Positions 27,794 through 38,113 are shown, counted from the first letter of the stretch. The stretch: DNA of 61,199 bases from an uncultured virus (IMG/VR IMGVR_UViG_3300038365_000169) (IMGVR_UViG_3300038365_000169), one strand, 5' to 3'. A program made the numbers and translations. Notes: generated by a model from the sequence alone, not told the origin.

Positions 27794-28966
27794 CTACTGC
27801 AGGAGGGCCCAGTCTGGAATGTCCACTATTTTGCCCTCCTGTACAGCCTCGTATATCTTGCCCATGGTGAGTAGCATGGGTTGGCCGTTTATCTCGCACT
27901 GCATGATCTCGTCAAATTGAAAGCTTTGGTCCCCAATTTTGAACCACTCTACGTCCTTCTCTAGGTCATAAATGTCCTGCACGTCAGCTTGCTCCATAAA
28001 CTTGAACCTGTCCATCATTATGGACTGTGCCTGCCCAAGAAGCTCCTCAACGTCAGTCACGGTAAGTGCGACCTTATGCACCCCCTTAACCCTCTCCAGT
28101 CCGCCAAACTCCACCCGCTTTACGTCGCATAGAAGCCCCTGTATTCTGTCCGCAAACCTGGATATATGGCCTATGATGCCGTTTTCAACCACAGATTTGC
28201 CTGATCCTGTGCCGCCAGCCACTATCAGATGGGTGCTAACCAGTGTGTTGACCATCTCCTTGCGCTCCGTTTGGTTGTTTATCTTCCACCCTATGGGGCT
28301 AACAGTCTTTCTTTCGTTGTTAACTGCCTCCCCTAGAGGTATGATGTTCCATGATGTGTCGCTGCTTTTGTCAATGGAGCATCTTTTTGGTATGGCCTGC
28401 TTCTTGGCTATGTTGATGCTGACCGTGTAGCTGTCTATATCTATGTTGTCCAAATAGTAGGTGAAATGCTCACTTTTGTCCGAGATTTCCCTTACAAAGT
28501 CCATCACGTCATTTCTGCTCAAGCTCACGTCATAGTGTATGAACAGGTACTTACCCTTAAAGAAAATGTAGCTACATGACAACCTCTTCTTTGCCAGATC
28601 TCTAACCCACCTATCGAACATGGGAGGCTTCAACCCAACAATGTACACCAGCATCAGCAACGGACCAGTGGTCCAGCATGCCGTTCTGCAGATTCCAGAG
28701 AACGGGTTCAACATGCCCTTTATGGTTTCAAACAAGGGTATAACGCTGGTGCGGGAGAGCAACCTATAGGAGCCAGATGACATGAAGAGCAAGAACAGGC
28801 TGCCGAAAAACAGAATGGAAAGCGCAATGGCCAACCACTTCCAGATTGGGCTATTGGGAATCACTCTGACTTTTTGTTCCCCTATAACTATCTTCTTCCC
28901 CTCACGTTCACGCTTTGCCTCATCCGTTTGAGCTTTGCTTTGCTTGCCAAATAGTTCGTTTGCCAT
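27794..28966 (-). CDS. FtsK/TcpA-like ATPase, N-terminal half (TM + Walker A)
   Basis: 2 TM segments; HLIVAGGTGSGKS; CDVKRVEF; ends before Walker B. Confidence 0.8.
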   Translation of the reverse strand: MANELFGKQSKAQTDEAKREREGKKIVIGEQKVRVIPNSPIWKWLAIALSILFFGSLFLLFMSSGSYRLLSRTSVIPLFETIKGMLNPFSGICRTACWTTGPLLMLVYIVGLKPPMFDRWVRDLAKKRLSCSYIFFKGKYLFIHYDVSLSRNDVMDFVREISDKSEHFTYYLDNIDIDSYTVSINIAKKQAIPKRCSIDKSSDTSWNIIPLGEAVNNERKTVSPIGWKINNQTERKEMVNTLVSTHLIVAGGTGSGKSVVENGIIGHISRFADRIQGLLCDVKRVEFGGLERVKGVHKVALTVTDVEELLGQAQSIMMDRFKFMEQADVQDIYDLEKDVEWFKIGDQSFQFDEIMQCEINGQPMLLTMGKIYEAVQEGKIVDIPDWALLQ

Positions 28967-28978
28967 CTATATCACCCC

Positions 28979-29869
28979 TTATTCCACAATGTCATACCCT
29001 TCGTCCATCGAAGGTTGCTGATCCACAGGTATCTTCACATCCATATTTTTCTTGTTGAGCTTTAATTTGGTGACGGCAACCGGCTGCTCGTCCTGAACTT
29101 GACCGGACATCTTGATGTTAATTTTGCCCAACCTGACCTCAGGTACCCTTTCAACATTCTGCTCGACAAATGGTGCTAGGGTTTCCTCAACCTCTAGCTC
29201 CAAACCTCTTGCCTTTCTGGCCCTGTTCATGGCGGCTATTAGCTCGGCTCTTTCGTCAAGTGGCTCCTGAGGGAGCAGATGCTTGACCGCAGGTTTTTCC
29301 TCCAGTTGATACCCCTGCTCTAACTCTGCATGTTTGACCACCTGCTCCACCTGATGTTGCTTGAAATGCTCTACCTTGTCCTGTCGCTTTTGTTTGACCC
29401 TTTTGGCCTTTTTGCTGTTTGAACTGCTGTTTATTTTAACCTCGGTCTGGCCGCGTTCAAGAAAGTCCTTCTTTCTCTCCGTCCAGTATGCTTGAAACTC
29501 ATGTATGTCCTTGCCGCTCTTTAGAAAACCGCGCCCCTTTATCTCAGGCTTGGACAGACTGGACATGTCCTTCTCAAATAATAAGGAGCTTGCGCCAGCG
29601 TCAAAATCTCCCAAAAGACAGCTCATCTGTATGTTGTTCTTCAGGTCAGCATTTATGACGTTGGATGAGGGTCTTTGCGTTGCTAAGCATAAGGATACAC
29701 CTGCCGCTCGACCAAGCCTTGCTATGCTGCCAAGGGAGCTCTGTATGGAGTTAACAAGCTTGAAGTTTGAATCATTCATTACCTCTGAAAGTTCGTCCAC
29801 CAGCACAACAACCGCCTTGGGCCTGTAGGCTGCCACATGCTTGCTGATGCTGTCCTTGGATATTCGCAC
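28979..29869 (-). CDS. FtsK/TcpA-like ATPase, C-terminal half (Walker B onward)
   Basis: VVVLVDEL, IARLGRAAGVSLCLATQRP, KGRG; disordered tail. Confidence 0.82.
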   Translation of the reverse strand: MRISKDSISKHVAAYRPKAVVVLVDELSEVMNDSNFKLVNSIQSSLGSIARLGRAAGVSLCLATQRPSSNVINADLKNNIQMSCLLGDFDAGASSLLFEKDMSSLSKPEIKGRGFLKSGKDIHEFQAYWTERKKDFLERGQTEVKINSSSNSKKAKRVKQKRQDKVEHFKQHQVEQVVKHAELEQGYQLEEKPAVKHLLPQEPLDERAELIAAMNRARKARGLELEVEETLAPFVEQNVERVPEVRLGKINIKMSGQVQDEQPVAVTKLKLNKKNMDVKIPVDQQPSMDEGYDIVE

Positions 29870-29878
29870 GCCCTCACC

Positions 29879-30097
29879 TCACTTTACCCATAGTTCGTTA
29901 ATTTGGTTGTTATTGTTCGTTATATAGTCCGTTATCTCCCTTACCTGATCCTTTATGGCGTCCATCAATGGGCTGCTAGCTATGGCAAATATGGTTACGG
30001 CAAAAATGACCAAAATAATGAGAAATTCGAATGCTATTGCACCCTCATGCTGTTCGTTTAACTTGCCCTTAATCTTGGCTAAATCTAAGGGTTTCAT
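29879..30097 (-). CDS. Flp/type IVb pilin-like protein
   Basis: HEG/AIAFEFLIILVIFAV prepilin motif (Glu+5). Confidence 0.65.
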   Translation of the reverse strand: MKPLDLAKIKGKLNEQHEGAIAFEFLIILVIFAVTIFAIASSPLMDAIKDQVREITDYITNNNNQINELWVK

Positions 30098-30109
30098 GGA
30101 TTTGCCCTC

Positions 30110-31612
30110 CTATACCTCACCCTCAGACCTTTGCTCCAAGATGCTGAGCAGGCCGAAAAGTGAGTCCTTGGTCGGCAGTATCGCAACCGTCTCCCTATGG
30201 CGGGGTAACCGGGTGTTAACCTCCAAGTTGGCGTCAATGGAGCGGTCCACTACAGGAATGATGGATTCGCTGTTGAAGCCATAGAAGGAGCATGCGTCCC
30301 CGTCATGGTCAGCATTGTATGCCTTGCAGTAAAGTGGATGGATCTCAGCAGAAGCTCCCTTGCTGACCCTAGGTATGAAGCTTTGAAATGAGCTTTGGTG
30401 CAACGATGGCTGCCTGTTCATGGCAACCCTAAGATGGCCAATTCTGCGCTCTAAATCCTTTCTGGCTGGCTCGGTTACTTGATTTTGAGGTACCCTGAAC
30501 TGCTCCATCCATTGGTCTATCTGCTCCATGCTTCTTCCCTCCGCGGAAAGCTGCTTTAATATGGTGGGTCGGTATATGTCAACCGCCATGGATGGTGGAA
30601 TGGCAACCTCTCCAAACTTTAGGTCCGCGTTAGGTGTGATGACAGCTCGTCCGCTGTAGGGGATGCTGGACCCGGACAGTACAGCCCTAAATACGCCGCC
30701 CTTACCGGCAAATTCGTCCGCTAATGACATGTTTCTGTATCCGTTGCTGAACCTGGCATAGTTGTCGCCAAGCTTGGCGTTGTTTAAAAGTGCGTCATAT
30801 GCTAGCTGCTGTCGGTCTGGATTGGCATGCTGCCTGAGCATATACTTATAGCCAACGGTGATGTCACTGGAGACCACATCCTCACGTTCGCCAATAGGGC
30901 TGCCATCCCCAGCAGAGCTGTCAACCTCCGTGTGGTCAGAAATGCCCATTCTCATGTAGTATGGAAGAACATATACATGCTTGGTTGCCTCAAAGTTGAA
31001 CTTTTCATGCGCAAACCTGTTCATGGCAACCACACCAGTTTCAACCTTTACTGACTCCTCCCAGCCCTCTGGATAGCCGTCACGTTCGTATTCCTCTATC
31101 TTTTCCTTGCTGAAAGCTCTGCCAACCTTGAATCGATTTAAGTTGCTCTCCGTTACTAAAAATACGTCCCCATGAAGCATGCCGTTTATGGTCTTGTATG
31201 GCATGCCGGATAGCTGGCTGAAGTAGTTTTTGTCCATGTCATTCCACAAAGGTTCCTCCAGCTCCATGTATCCGCCATCCATATTTTGGTCCAGCTGCAT
31301 GCGGTTTTCAATCTTAACAAGATCCTTGAGCTCCTCGTCACTCATCCTGTATGGTTTGCTCTCTATGGTGGTTCCCTCATAGGGTATGAATCCGTCAACA
31401 TCAACCGCATCATCACCAGGTAGGTTGCTGGATAACCTCTCCTGCAGAAGCTCAACCCTGCTCACAAACTCCTGAGGCGTTTCCCCCTCATATTGGTGCT
31501 CAATATGATTGCAACGACCCTTACCGCGAAGTTCGGGTGGGCAAGTGCAATAGGTCATATTGCCGTTTACATTTAGGGCTAGAACCTTTGTTACCCTTGT
31601 GGCTGCGCCCAT
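30110..31612 (-). CDS. RNA polymerase beta-prime (RpoC)-like catalytic fragment with N-terminal GKGRCxH module
   Basis: GKGGVFR..LSG....YSGRAVI, NRQPSLH, IHPLYCKAYNADHDGD (30296-30316); ends about 60 aa after the motif. Confidence 0.88.
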   Translation of the reverse strand: MGAATRVTKVLALNVNGNMTYCTCPPELRGKGRCNHIEHQYEGETPQEFVSRVELLQERLSSNLPGDDAVDVDGFIPYEGTTIESKPYRMSDEELKDLVKIENRMQLDQNMDGGYMELEEPLWNDMDKNYFSQLSGMPYKTINGMLHGDVFLVTESNLNRFKVGRAFSKEKIEEYERDGYPEGWEESVKVETGVVAMNRFAHEKFNFEATKHVYVLPYYMRMGISDHTEVDSSAGDGSPIGEREDVVSSDITVGYKYMLRQHANPDRQQLAYDALLNNAKLGDNYARFSNGYRNMSLADEFAGKGGVFRAVLSGSSIPYSGRAVITPNADLKFGEVAIPPSMAVDIYRPTILKQLSAEGRSMEQIDQWMEQFRVPQNQVTEPARKDLERRIGHLRVAMNRQPSLHQSSFQSFIPRVSKGASAEIHPLYCKAYNADHDGDACSFYGFNSESIIPVVDRSIDANLEVNTRLPRHRETVAILPTKDSLFGLLSILEQRSEGEV

Positions 31613-31695
31613 TGCTCAACCCCCTTTCAGATGCAAATGCATTGTTATTTACACATTATGACGATGCTATTATATATCTATTAGGATACATTATA

Positions 31696-34032
31696 TTATT
31701 TGACGATTTCGAATAAATCGTCATCATTTGCGACAGGTTTGGAGTATACTGAGTTAAGGGTGGTGGTGTCACCAACTATCATTATGCCCTTGTCATCATC
31801 CACTCGACCCTCATCCTTGACCAACGGTAGGTCCGGTTCAAGCTCTAAAATTTCCTCCATTGAAAGTATGGCGTCAGGACCGGCATAGTTGGGTGCGAAG
31901 AAGTCTGGAACCTCCGGAAGAACCGCTGTGCCAATCTTCTCCTTCTCGATGAGGTCACCATGTAGGCCCTGCAGCTGCATCTCGCTGTGCAAGAAACGTG
32001 CAGAGTCATTTAATCTGATCTCTTTGCCGCCTATTTTGACCATTTCTCCCTCTACCCTTGATACCTCACGACGTACGCCAGCTAACCCGTAGTCAGCCTT
32101 TACCCCCTTTGCCATGTATTCAGGAAGCATGTCGTCATACCTTTCAAACGATAGGTTCTTTAGTTGGTTCTGTTTCAATACCTTGCCCTTTTTGACCATC
32201 TTTAGCATTTTCTTGCCAAGGCCAGCTTGGTCCAAAACATCCATTGAATCCGCCCATAAAAGCTTCCAAAGGTCCTTTTTGCCGTAGTTTACCAAAAGTG
32301 ATAATGTGTAGTCAGAATGGTCAGGCACCTGGGTGCCGCTGCTGTCACACATGGCAATCTGGCTGACGTCTGCAGGCACGGGGCCAACTGCAACCCTAAA
32401 GTCTATGTTATCACGCAGTGAGAGGGGAAATGTCTTGCCGCTTACCTTTAAGCTGGAGAACACCACATGCACGTTAACAGACTTGCCATACTTGGTGATG
32501 GTCTCCATGGCAATTTTGATTTCATTGACCATTACGCCCTTGCTTACGCTGCCTCCAACTATGCCCTGCATTTCGTCATCATCAACAGCTGCTTTTTCGT
32601 CCGTTTCAATTAGCTTTTCGTAGTCCGTTACAACAAAAACAACGGGAGGCAGGCTCATCTCCCCGCCTAACTGTATTACATTCTGGGTGGCAATCTCCCA
32701 GTGGTTGGGTATGCGAAAACGCTTGTCACCCTCAAGTACGACCTCCATGCCGGGTTGGATGTCCTGTGCAACTATGTCCTTTTCGTCGCCAGCAATTCTG
32801 ACGTGAACACGTTCATTTGCGCCCAGTATGTGGTTGTTTAATGCCACCCGTGTGCCAAGGTTTATTACACCGGACAGCGGCAGGGACTGTATGTTTAGCT
32901 TCTTTAATGCATTATACCTTTGGGTCATCATGTATAGCAAACGCTTTACAACCTCATATGATTCTGAGACATTCCTTGCAATGTACTTTATCTGTGGTGC
33001 AGATTCCAATGCGTCAAACTGTGGGTTCTGATTCTGGTTGTCAATATATACTTCCACCCCGCCCTTCATGACCATGTGCCCAATGATGGACTTGAGTATG
33101 CTGTTCCTCTGGTCTTCATTCTGACCGACCACCATGGCCATTGATGCGGACTTGTTGGCCCTGATAAATTCATTTGACTGAAGTTCCTTTGTGCGGAGCA
33201 GGTCTGAAAATGTCATGTCATGACTTGGCTTGAGGTACTTGGGGTCCTTGACAGCTTTTTTGTTCCTTTTGAGTGCAAGGTCAAACGTTTGCTCCTCAAA
33301 TTGGGGCGTCTCATGCAGCTTAAGAACGTACATGCTGTTGGTCTTTGATGCCAAAGTTACGTCGCTTATAACACCAAGAGGTACCACATACCATGGAAGG
33401 AAATTAGAGATGCCAAGCAGTGACTTCCACTCCACATGCTCGTCAAAATGTAAGCATGCAGTTAAGGTATACCATTTGCCGTCCCTCATGCCGTCCCATA
33501 GATACTCAGGAAATGCATTCTCTAAAGATTCAATTAGGACCTCATATTGCTGCCTGTTGGCAGTGGCAGACATGCGAAATCGAAAAACATGCATTAGAAC
33601 AGGCACGATCTTTCCTGACTTTCTTAGCGGTGATAAGCTGTGCACCACCGGTCGTCTTTCCTTTTTGTCAGGAGAAACCTCATTGTTGCCAGAACCGTTG
33701 AATACCTCACGAAATGCAACCATTTCGTCTGGAATGTTCATAAGGGTTACTCCAGCTTCATATATGATCCCCTTTACCTTGGATATATGCCCCCTTTGGT
33801 ATACTAGATAGCTGACAGCCATAAACATCCAGTTCAGAGCATGAACCATCAGAAGTACATAAAGATGCACGGGAATGAATAGGGTTGCCACCGCTAGGGC
33901 AACCGTTACACCAAAGAAAATCCAATGCATTCTTACGTTTCGCTTGACATAGAGCTTGTTCTCTAGCATGAAGCGATATATTACGGCGACCATCAGCGTG
34001 GCCACAACCAGGGCAATGTTTATAGCGTTCAT
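31696..34032 (-). CDS. FtsK/TcpA-like membrane protein with degenerate ATPase motifs
   Basis: 3 TM segments; Walker A position reads GQNEDQRNS; VVFVVTDYE; KYGKSVNVHVV; LRDNIDFRVAVG. Confidence 0.65.
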   Translation of the reverse strand: MNAINIALVVATLMVAVIYRFMLENKLYVKRNVRMHWIFFGVTVALAVATLFIPVHLYVLLMVHALNWMFMAVSYLVYQRGHISKVKGIIYEAGVTLMNIPDEMVAFREVFNGSGNNEVSPDKKERRPVVHSLSPLRKSGKIVPVLMHVFRFRMSATANRQQYEVLIESLENAFPEYLWDGMRDGKWYTLTACLHFDEHVEWKSLLGISNFLPWYVVPLGVISDVTLASKTNSMYVLKLHETPQFEEQTFDLALKRNKKAVKDPKYLKPSHDMTFSDLLRTKELQSNEFIRANKSASMAMVVGQNEDQRNSILKSIIGHMVMKGGVEVYIDNQNQNPQFDALESAPQIKYIARNVSESYEVVKRLLYMMTQRYNALKKLNIQSLPLSGVINLGTRVALNNHILGANERVHVRIAGDEKDIVAQDIQPGMEVVLEGDKRFRIPNHWEIATQNVIQLGGEMSLPPVVFVVTDYEKLIETDEKAAVDDDEMQGIVGGSVSKGVMVNEIKIAMETITKYGKSVNVHVVFSSLKVSGKTFPLSLRDNIDFRVAVGPVPADVSQIAMCDSSGTQVPDHSDYTLSLLVNYGKKDLWKLLWADSMDVLDQAGLGKKMLKMVKKGKVLKQNQLKNLSFERYDDMLPEYMAKGVKADYGLAGVRREVSRVEGEMVKIGGKEIRLNDSARFLHSEMQLQGLHGDLIEKEKIGTAVLPEVPDFFAPNYAGPDAILSMEEILELEPDLPLVKDEGRVDDDKGIMIVGDTTTLNSVYSKPVANDDDLFEIVK

Positions 34033-34092
34033 AGCTTCACCTTTCCTTTCGACTATTTTTATGCTATTATATTAGATTAAGGGCATTTTATG

Positions 34093-37000
34093 CTATAGGT
34101 CCTCAGAGTCCTGGTCGAGAAGGCCAACTGCAGCTTCTGCACCGTTACGCTTTCTTTGCTCAGAGATTTTGCCGTCAACCTCCAGTGATATGCCCTCCCT
34201 TTTGCCTGATGCATCTTCAACCTTTGACTGCCTCTCGGCAACCATCCGCTCCTGAGCTGGCTCAAGATTCCTCTTGTCCTCCATTTCGAACTCTGCAGAT
34301 GTTTTGACATCGTCATCTTTCTTTTTGCCAAATACGCCCTTTTTCTTGCCCTGATCCTTTTGTTGAACTTTCTTCTTGGCAACAGGTTGCTCCTGCAAGA
34401 AACGCTCTTGAACCTGAGCCCTTTCGCCATTTTGATGGATTTCCTCTGTTTGGCTGCCAGGAACCCTTTGGTCCTGTACGGGTTTCTTGCCCTCTGATTT
34501 TTCCTGCTGCATCTTTATGTTCTGAGAGCTTGATCCGCCAAGTTTTACCTTCTTGACCTGACCCTGCTTGTTCCTCTGTTCCACTACATTTTCCCCCACC
34601 TGAACCTTTTCAACTGTTAAGCCGGAGCTTTGCTGCTCCAGAACCTCTTGATGGAGTTTGGCAGTATGTTGCTTGCTCTGCCCCTCGACCTTTTGGTCCA
34701 AATGAACGACATGTGACTGACCCTCTGGAACTGACATCGGTGTCTCCGTTCCGTCAGAAACTATCTCAAAGTCGTCCTCTTCGTGCTTTTCCCCCATGGA
34801 CTCATTGTCAGGTTTCTGAATCTCATCAAGGTCCCTATCCCTCATGCTTAAGCTAACAGTTGCTGCGCCGTCTAAACTTTCCTCAGACTCGTCTGGTTGG
34901 GCTCTCTCTTTGCCCTTCGGTTCCGCTCCAGCCCCTAGCTCTGAGCCCTCATTGTCCACCAATGGTTCCTCTGGTATCACACCGTGTGCATTGCCTGAAG
35001 TGACTGGCTTCTGCTCGCCATCATTTTCCTCGTTGTCTGGCCCAACCTCTTCGTCACTTTCGCCGTTGGCGTCCCTACGTCCTGTTTCCTCCACAGGTAT
35101 CTCGGTTCCGTCCACAAAGTCCTCATTGTCCACCACCGGTTCGTCAGCTCCATTGTCCTGCTGGTTGCCGGATGGATTCGTTCCGCTGTTGCCGTTTCCT
35201 GCACCTGTTGCACCGCCATTTCCGCTGTTGCCTGGAGCACCAGAGCCAGCCCCAGAACGGGTGCCTGGAGTTTGTCCGGTGGAGGGTTTGTTTCTAAGAC
35301 GTCTGAATGCACTCCCCAGTCCGAATGTTCCCCTGCCGCCACGAGAGCCATAACGACCGCGTCGTGCAAATGCACGGTTTACAAAGCCTAGCTCCCTGCC
35401 GCCAACAGTTCTGGAGATGTACATGTTGATCTCCTGAATGATGATTGGTCCAAACTTGGCCATAACCACCGAAAGAACCATGCCCACCAACATGCCGCCT
35501 ATGCCCTGAGCGGAAAGTAAAACTACAACCACTATTAAAACGTTAAATAGAGCTGATCCGATTAAAAAGCGGAAAAATGCCAATAGATAGGTCCACACCA
35601 TCCTTCTGGCAATGTCCCTTGTGCCCCGAAATAGAAGCATGGCTGGCATGACGACCATTGCAAATGAGCCTATAATTATGATGGTCTGTCCAAGCATGCA
35701 GAATATGGATATCTGAAATAACCCGAAGGCTAGCAGAAGATTCTGTAAAAACGACATAAATACGTTTGCGCATGCGGTGCCATAGCTGGGATTTACAAGG
35801 CTGTACATGATCTTGTCCACCTTGCCTACCAGCTGTGCGTCACCGGAGTTTTGCTCCTTTAGGTTGGATAGAAAGTCCACCACATATAAAATTCTGTCAT
35901 TTGAGTCCAAATTTACCACCGTCTGTCCGGAGCTGGTGAAGGCCAAGCCAGAGCTTACTGTGTCATTTATGTACACTGATGAGTTTGCTGCCCACCAGTA
36001 GTACCCAAGGTTATTTATGCTGTTTTGGCCGTTTGTGTCGGTTTGCACCCTCATGGAGTTTATGTTGCCGTTTGGAAATGTTACCTCCAGTGCCCTTTCG
36101 GCTTGTTCAACGGTGCAAAGTGAGCCCGCATTGCCATCCGGTCCGACAATGTAAAGGTCATTTATTGGCATGCCAAACTGGGCCTCAATGATGGAGTCAA
36201 TATACACCTTTCCGACCAAGCCCTTCTGTGTGGCCGCTGTGTCCGTTCCCAGCGATGCGTCCGTTTGGTAGTCATATACTGCACCGGCATCACCCATGGA
36301 CATTACCGCTAAATCGTTAGATAGTGCGGAAATGAAGTCTATTCCAACATTGCTGACCTTTGCAGGGTTGCTGGGTGTGAAAAACATTCCGGTGATCAAT
36401 AATGCCACCAAAAATATGGAAAACTCCTGAGCAACCACCTTTAGGGTCGTGTCTCCCTTGATCACCTTGAATGCTAGGCCCACAAATGATACCAAAAACA
36501 TGAAAAGAGCGAAAACTAAAAATGGGGATAGGGTGCCGGTTGCAAGGTCAATTAAAAATATGGATGATAGAATTTTGGCTAGCTCCCCTGAGCCTTGGTC
36601 GAACACGCTTAGTATGGCGGATAGGTCTATGCTCTTGATGGTGACGGATATGTCCACCAATAGCTTGGATATCCAATGTAATGCGTTGATTATGCCCAAG
36701 GCTAAGCCGCCGAAGAATTCCCCCACACTGTCCGTTGGTTGGGTCATGGCCCATAGATGTGGGTCAGTGCTGCTGTCGTCTATCTTGTCAGCACCCCATT
36801 GGCCGTTTAAACCGGAGCTGAATGGTCTTTCCCGTCCGTTTATCTCCTCACCGTTGTAGTACCTGTATGGAAACTGGTCGCGCAGGTAGTATGGAATCTC
36901 CCCCTTGTAGGAGACTAACTTGCGGCTGCCGCCGTAAAGTGAGTCAAAACCAATGGCTGTTATGTTTTCGGCGTTAAATGGGTACTTGGAAAGGTTGGGA

Positions 37001-37212
37001 GAGTAGGTCCCCTTGCCCTCTATGACGGTCTTTCTTGCCGTTAAGAAGGGTTCAATAAATCCGTCGGTAGCTGCGTAAACAACAGGAGCTATCGTGAAGA
37101 TTGTCGCAATGATCATAATGGTTGAAATCAACCTAGAGACCCTACTTTTACAACCTTTAGTTAAGAGGGTAGAGGAGGGCTTTATGCCTTTAGTTTTGAA
37201 TTTTTCCGACAT
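34093..37212 (-). CDS. VirB6/TcpH-like polytopic transfer protein with long acidic low-complexity tail
   Basis: Signal peptide, multiple TMs, Gly-rich then E/D/Q-rich C-terminus. Confidence 0.6.
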   Translation of the reverse strand: MSEKFKTKGIKPSSTLLTKGCKSRVSRLISTIMIIATIFTIAPVVYAATDGFIEPFLTARKTVIEGKGTYSPNLSKYPFNAENITAIGFDSLYGGSRKLVSYKGEIPYYLRDQFPYRYYNGEEINGRERPFSSGLNGQWGADKIDDSSTDPHLWAMTQPTDSVGEFFGGLALGIINALHWISKLLVDISVTIKSIDLSAILSVFDQGSGELAKILSSIFLIDLATGTLSPFLVFALFMFLVSFVGLAFKVIKGDTTLKVVAQEFSIFLVALLITGMFFTPSNPAKVSNVGIDFISALSNDLAVMSMGDAGAVYDYQTDASLGTDTAATQKGLVGKVYIDSIIEAQFGMPINDLYIVGPDGNAGSLCTVEQAERALEVTFPNGNINSMRVQTDTNGQNSINNLGYYWWAANSSVYINDTVSSGLAFTSSGQTVVNLDSNDRILYVVDFLSNLKEQNSGDAQLVGKVDKIMYSLVNPSYGTACANVFMSFLQNLLLAFGLFQISIFCMLGQTIIIIGSFAMVVMPAMLLFRGTRDIARRMVWTYLLAFFRFLIGSALFNVLIVVVVLLSAQGIGGMLVGMVLSVVMAKFGPIIIQEINMYISRTVGGRELGFVNRAFARRGRYGSRGGRGTFGLGSAFRRLRNKPSTGQTPGTRSGAGSGAPGNSGNGGATGAGNGNSGTNPSGNQQDNGADEPVVDNEDFVDGTEIPVEETGRRDANGESDEEVGPDNEENDGEQKPVTSGNAHGVIPEEPLVDNEGSELGAGAEPKGKERAQPDESEESLDGAATVSLSMRDRDLDEIQKPDNESMGEKHEEDDFEIVSDGTETPMSVPEGQSHVVHLDQKVEGQSKQHTAKLHQEVLEQQSSGLTVEKVQVGENVVEQRNKQGQVKKVKLGGSSSQNIKMQQEKSEGKKPVQDQRVPGSQTEEIHQNGERAQVQERFLQEQPVAKKKVQQKDQGKKKGVFGKKKDDDVKTSAEFEMEDKRNLEPAQERMVAERQSKVEDASGKREGISLEVDGKISEQRKRNGAEAAVGLLDQDSEDL

Positions 37213-37216
37213 TCAT

Positions 37217-38113
37217 CTACCCGCCTCTCTTTTCCTGATAGCCCCTAAATTCCAGGAGCATCTCAAGATCCTCCTCCTTGATATGGCTGCTGTGTGCACC
37301 GTCCTTGATGGAAAACATCCCTATTTCATCAGCTACCACCACTATCTCCGGTTGCTTGCCGTCCAAGCTCTCGTAGGTTTTTCTCTGAAGGTAGTTCCAT
37401 CTGTCCCAGAACTCGTCCATTATGTTGATGCCGTTGCTCTCAAGAATTTCCTTCCATTCCTGCTTTCTGAGCCAGTCTGTGGGATATCCGTTGCCCTCCG
37501 TTTGCACCACGTTAAACATGATGCCGTTGTTGCTCATGTCGTTAAATGCCACAAAATTGATGCCTGCCCATTTGTAGTTTGGGTCAAGGTAGTCGTAAAA
37601 ATTGCTGTCAATCAGCCATTCGTTGACCAAAAGCATCTGCCATTCGTTTTCGTCATTAACACGTCTTTTCTCCATCTTGCTGATGGTGTCCAGAATTACA
37701 ACCCTCTCCTGCTCGTTAATGTTGTAAGGCTTGGGAAGTGTCCCCAGTGGTGGTACGTTCATTACCTCTGCACTGGGATAGTAGCTGACAAAAATGGTGG
37801 ATGGTTTGTTGGGCTGCCAGAGCACCGCAAAGAACGGACCTTCCAACTCTGTCACCTTATAGCTCCAGTTCCAACCAATTGAACCATTGATAAAATCATA
37901 GAGCATGGGTGAATCAGTGCGTGATACAAGTGTTAGTGATGGTAATGAAATGAACCCATTATCAACACCATTATTTACATCAACCTCTGGTTTGTTGCGT
38001 TGGCTCATAACTAATGCTACAACTAGAGCAAGTATGAAGACCACTGCAACCACCACTAGGGTCCTCCTTTTCATTCTCACGATTAACACCTCCATCTTGA
38101 AATGCACGACCAT
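37217..38113 (-). CDS. Exported/membrane-anchored hypothetical protein
   Basis: MKRRTLVVVAVVFILALVV signal-like segment. Confidence 0.6.
   Translation of the reverse strand: MVVHFKMEVLIVRMKRRTLVVVAVVFILALVVALVMSQRNKPEVDVNNGVDNGFISLPSLTLVSRTDSPMLYDFINGSIGWNWSYKVTELEGPFFAVLWQPNKPSTIFVSYYPSAEVMNVPPLGTLPKPYNINEQERVVILDTISKMEKRRVNDENEWQMLLVNEWLIDSNFYDYLDPNYKWAGINFVAFNDMSNNGIMFNVVQTEGNGYPTDWLRKQEWKEILESNGINIMDEFWDRWNYLQRKTYESLDGKQPEIVVVADEIGMFSIKDGAHSSHIKEEDLEMLLEFRGYQEKRGG

Noticed and set aside
27794..27890. SFQFDE... tail as an active Ser1 N-intein
   Set aside because: The partner half has no intein C-junction, and the equivalent position is not Ser/Cys in the paralogues; kept only as a possible remnant
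27794..29869. Sequencing frameshift explaining the FtsK split
   Set aside because: The halves are in permuted order and each has its own RBS
30110..31612. Chromosomal rpoC or simple pseudogene
   Set aside because: Only 500 aa, highly divergent, unrelated N-terminus, no rpoB or ribosomal protein context, yet an intact ORF with catalytic aspartates
37094..37882. Long plus-strand ORFs (also 871..1512, 33230..33811, 34844..35353, 60161..60736)
   Set aside because: Antisense shadows of well-supported minus-strand genes; no motifs
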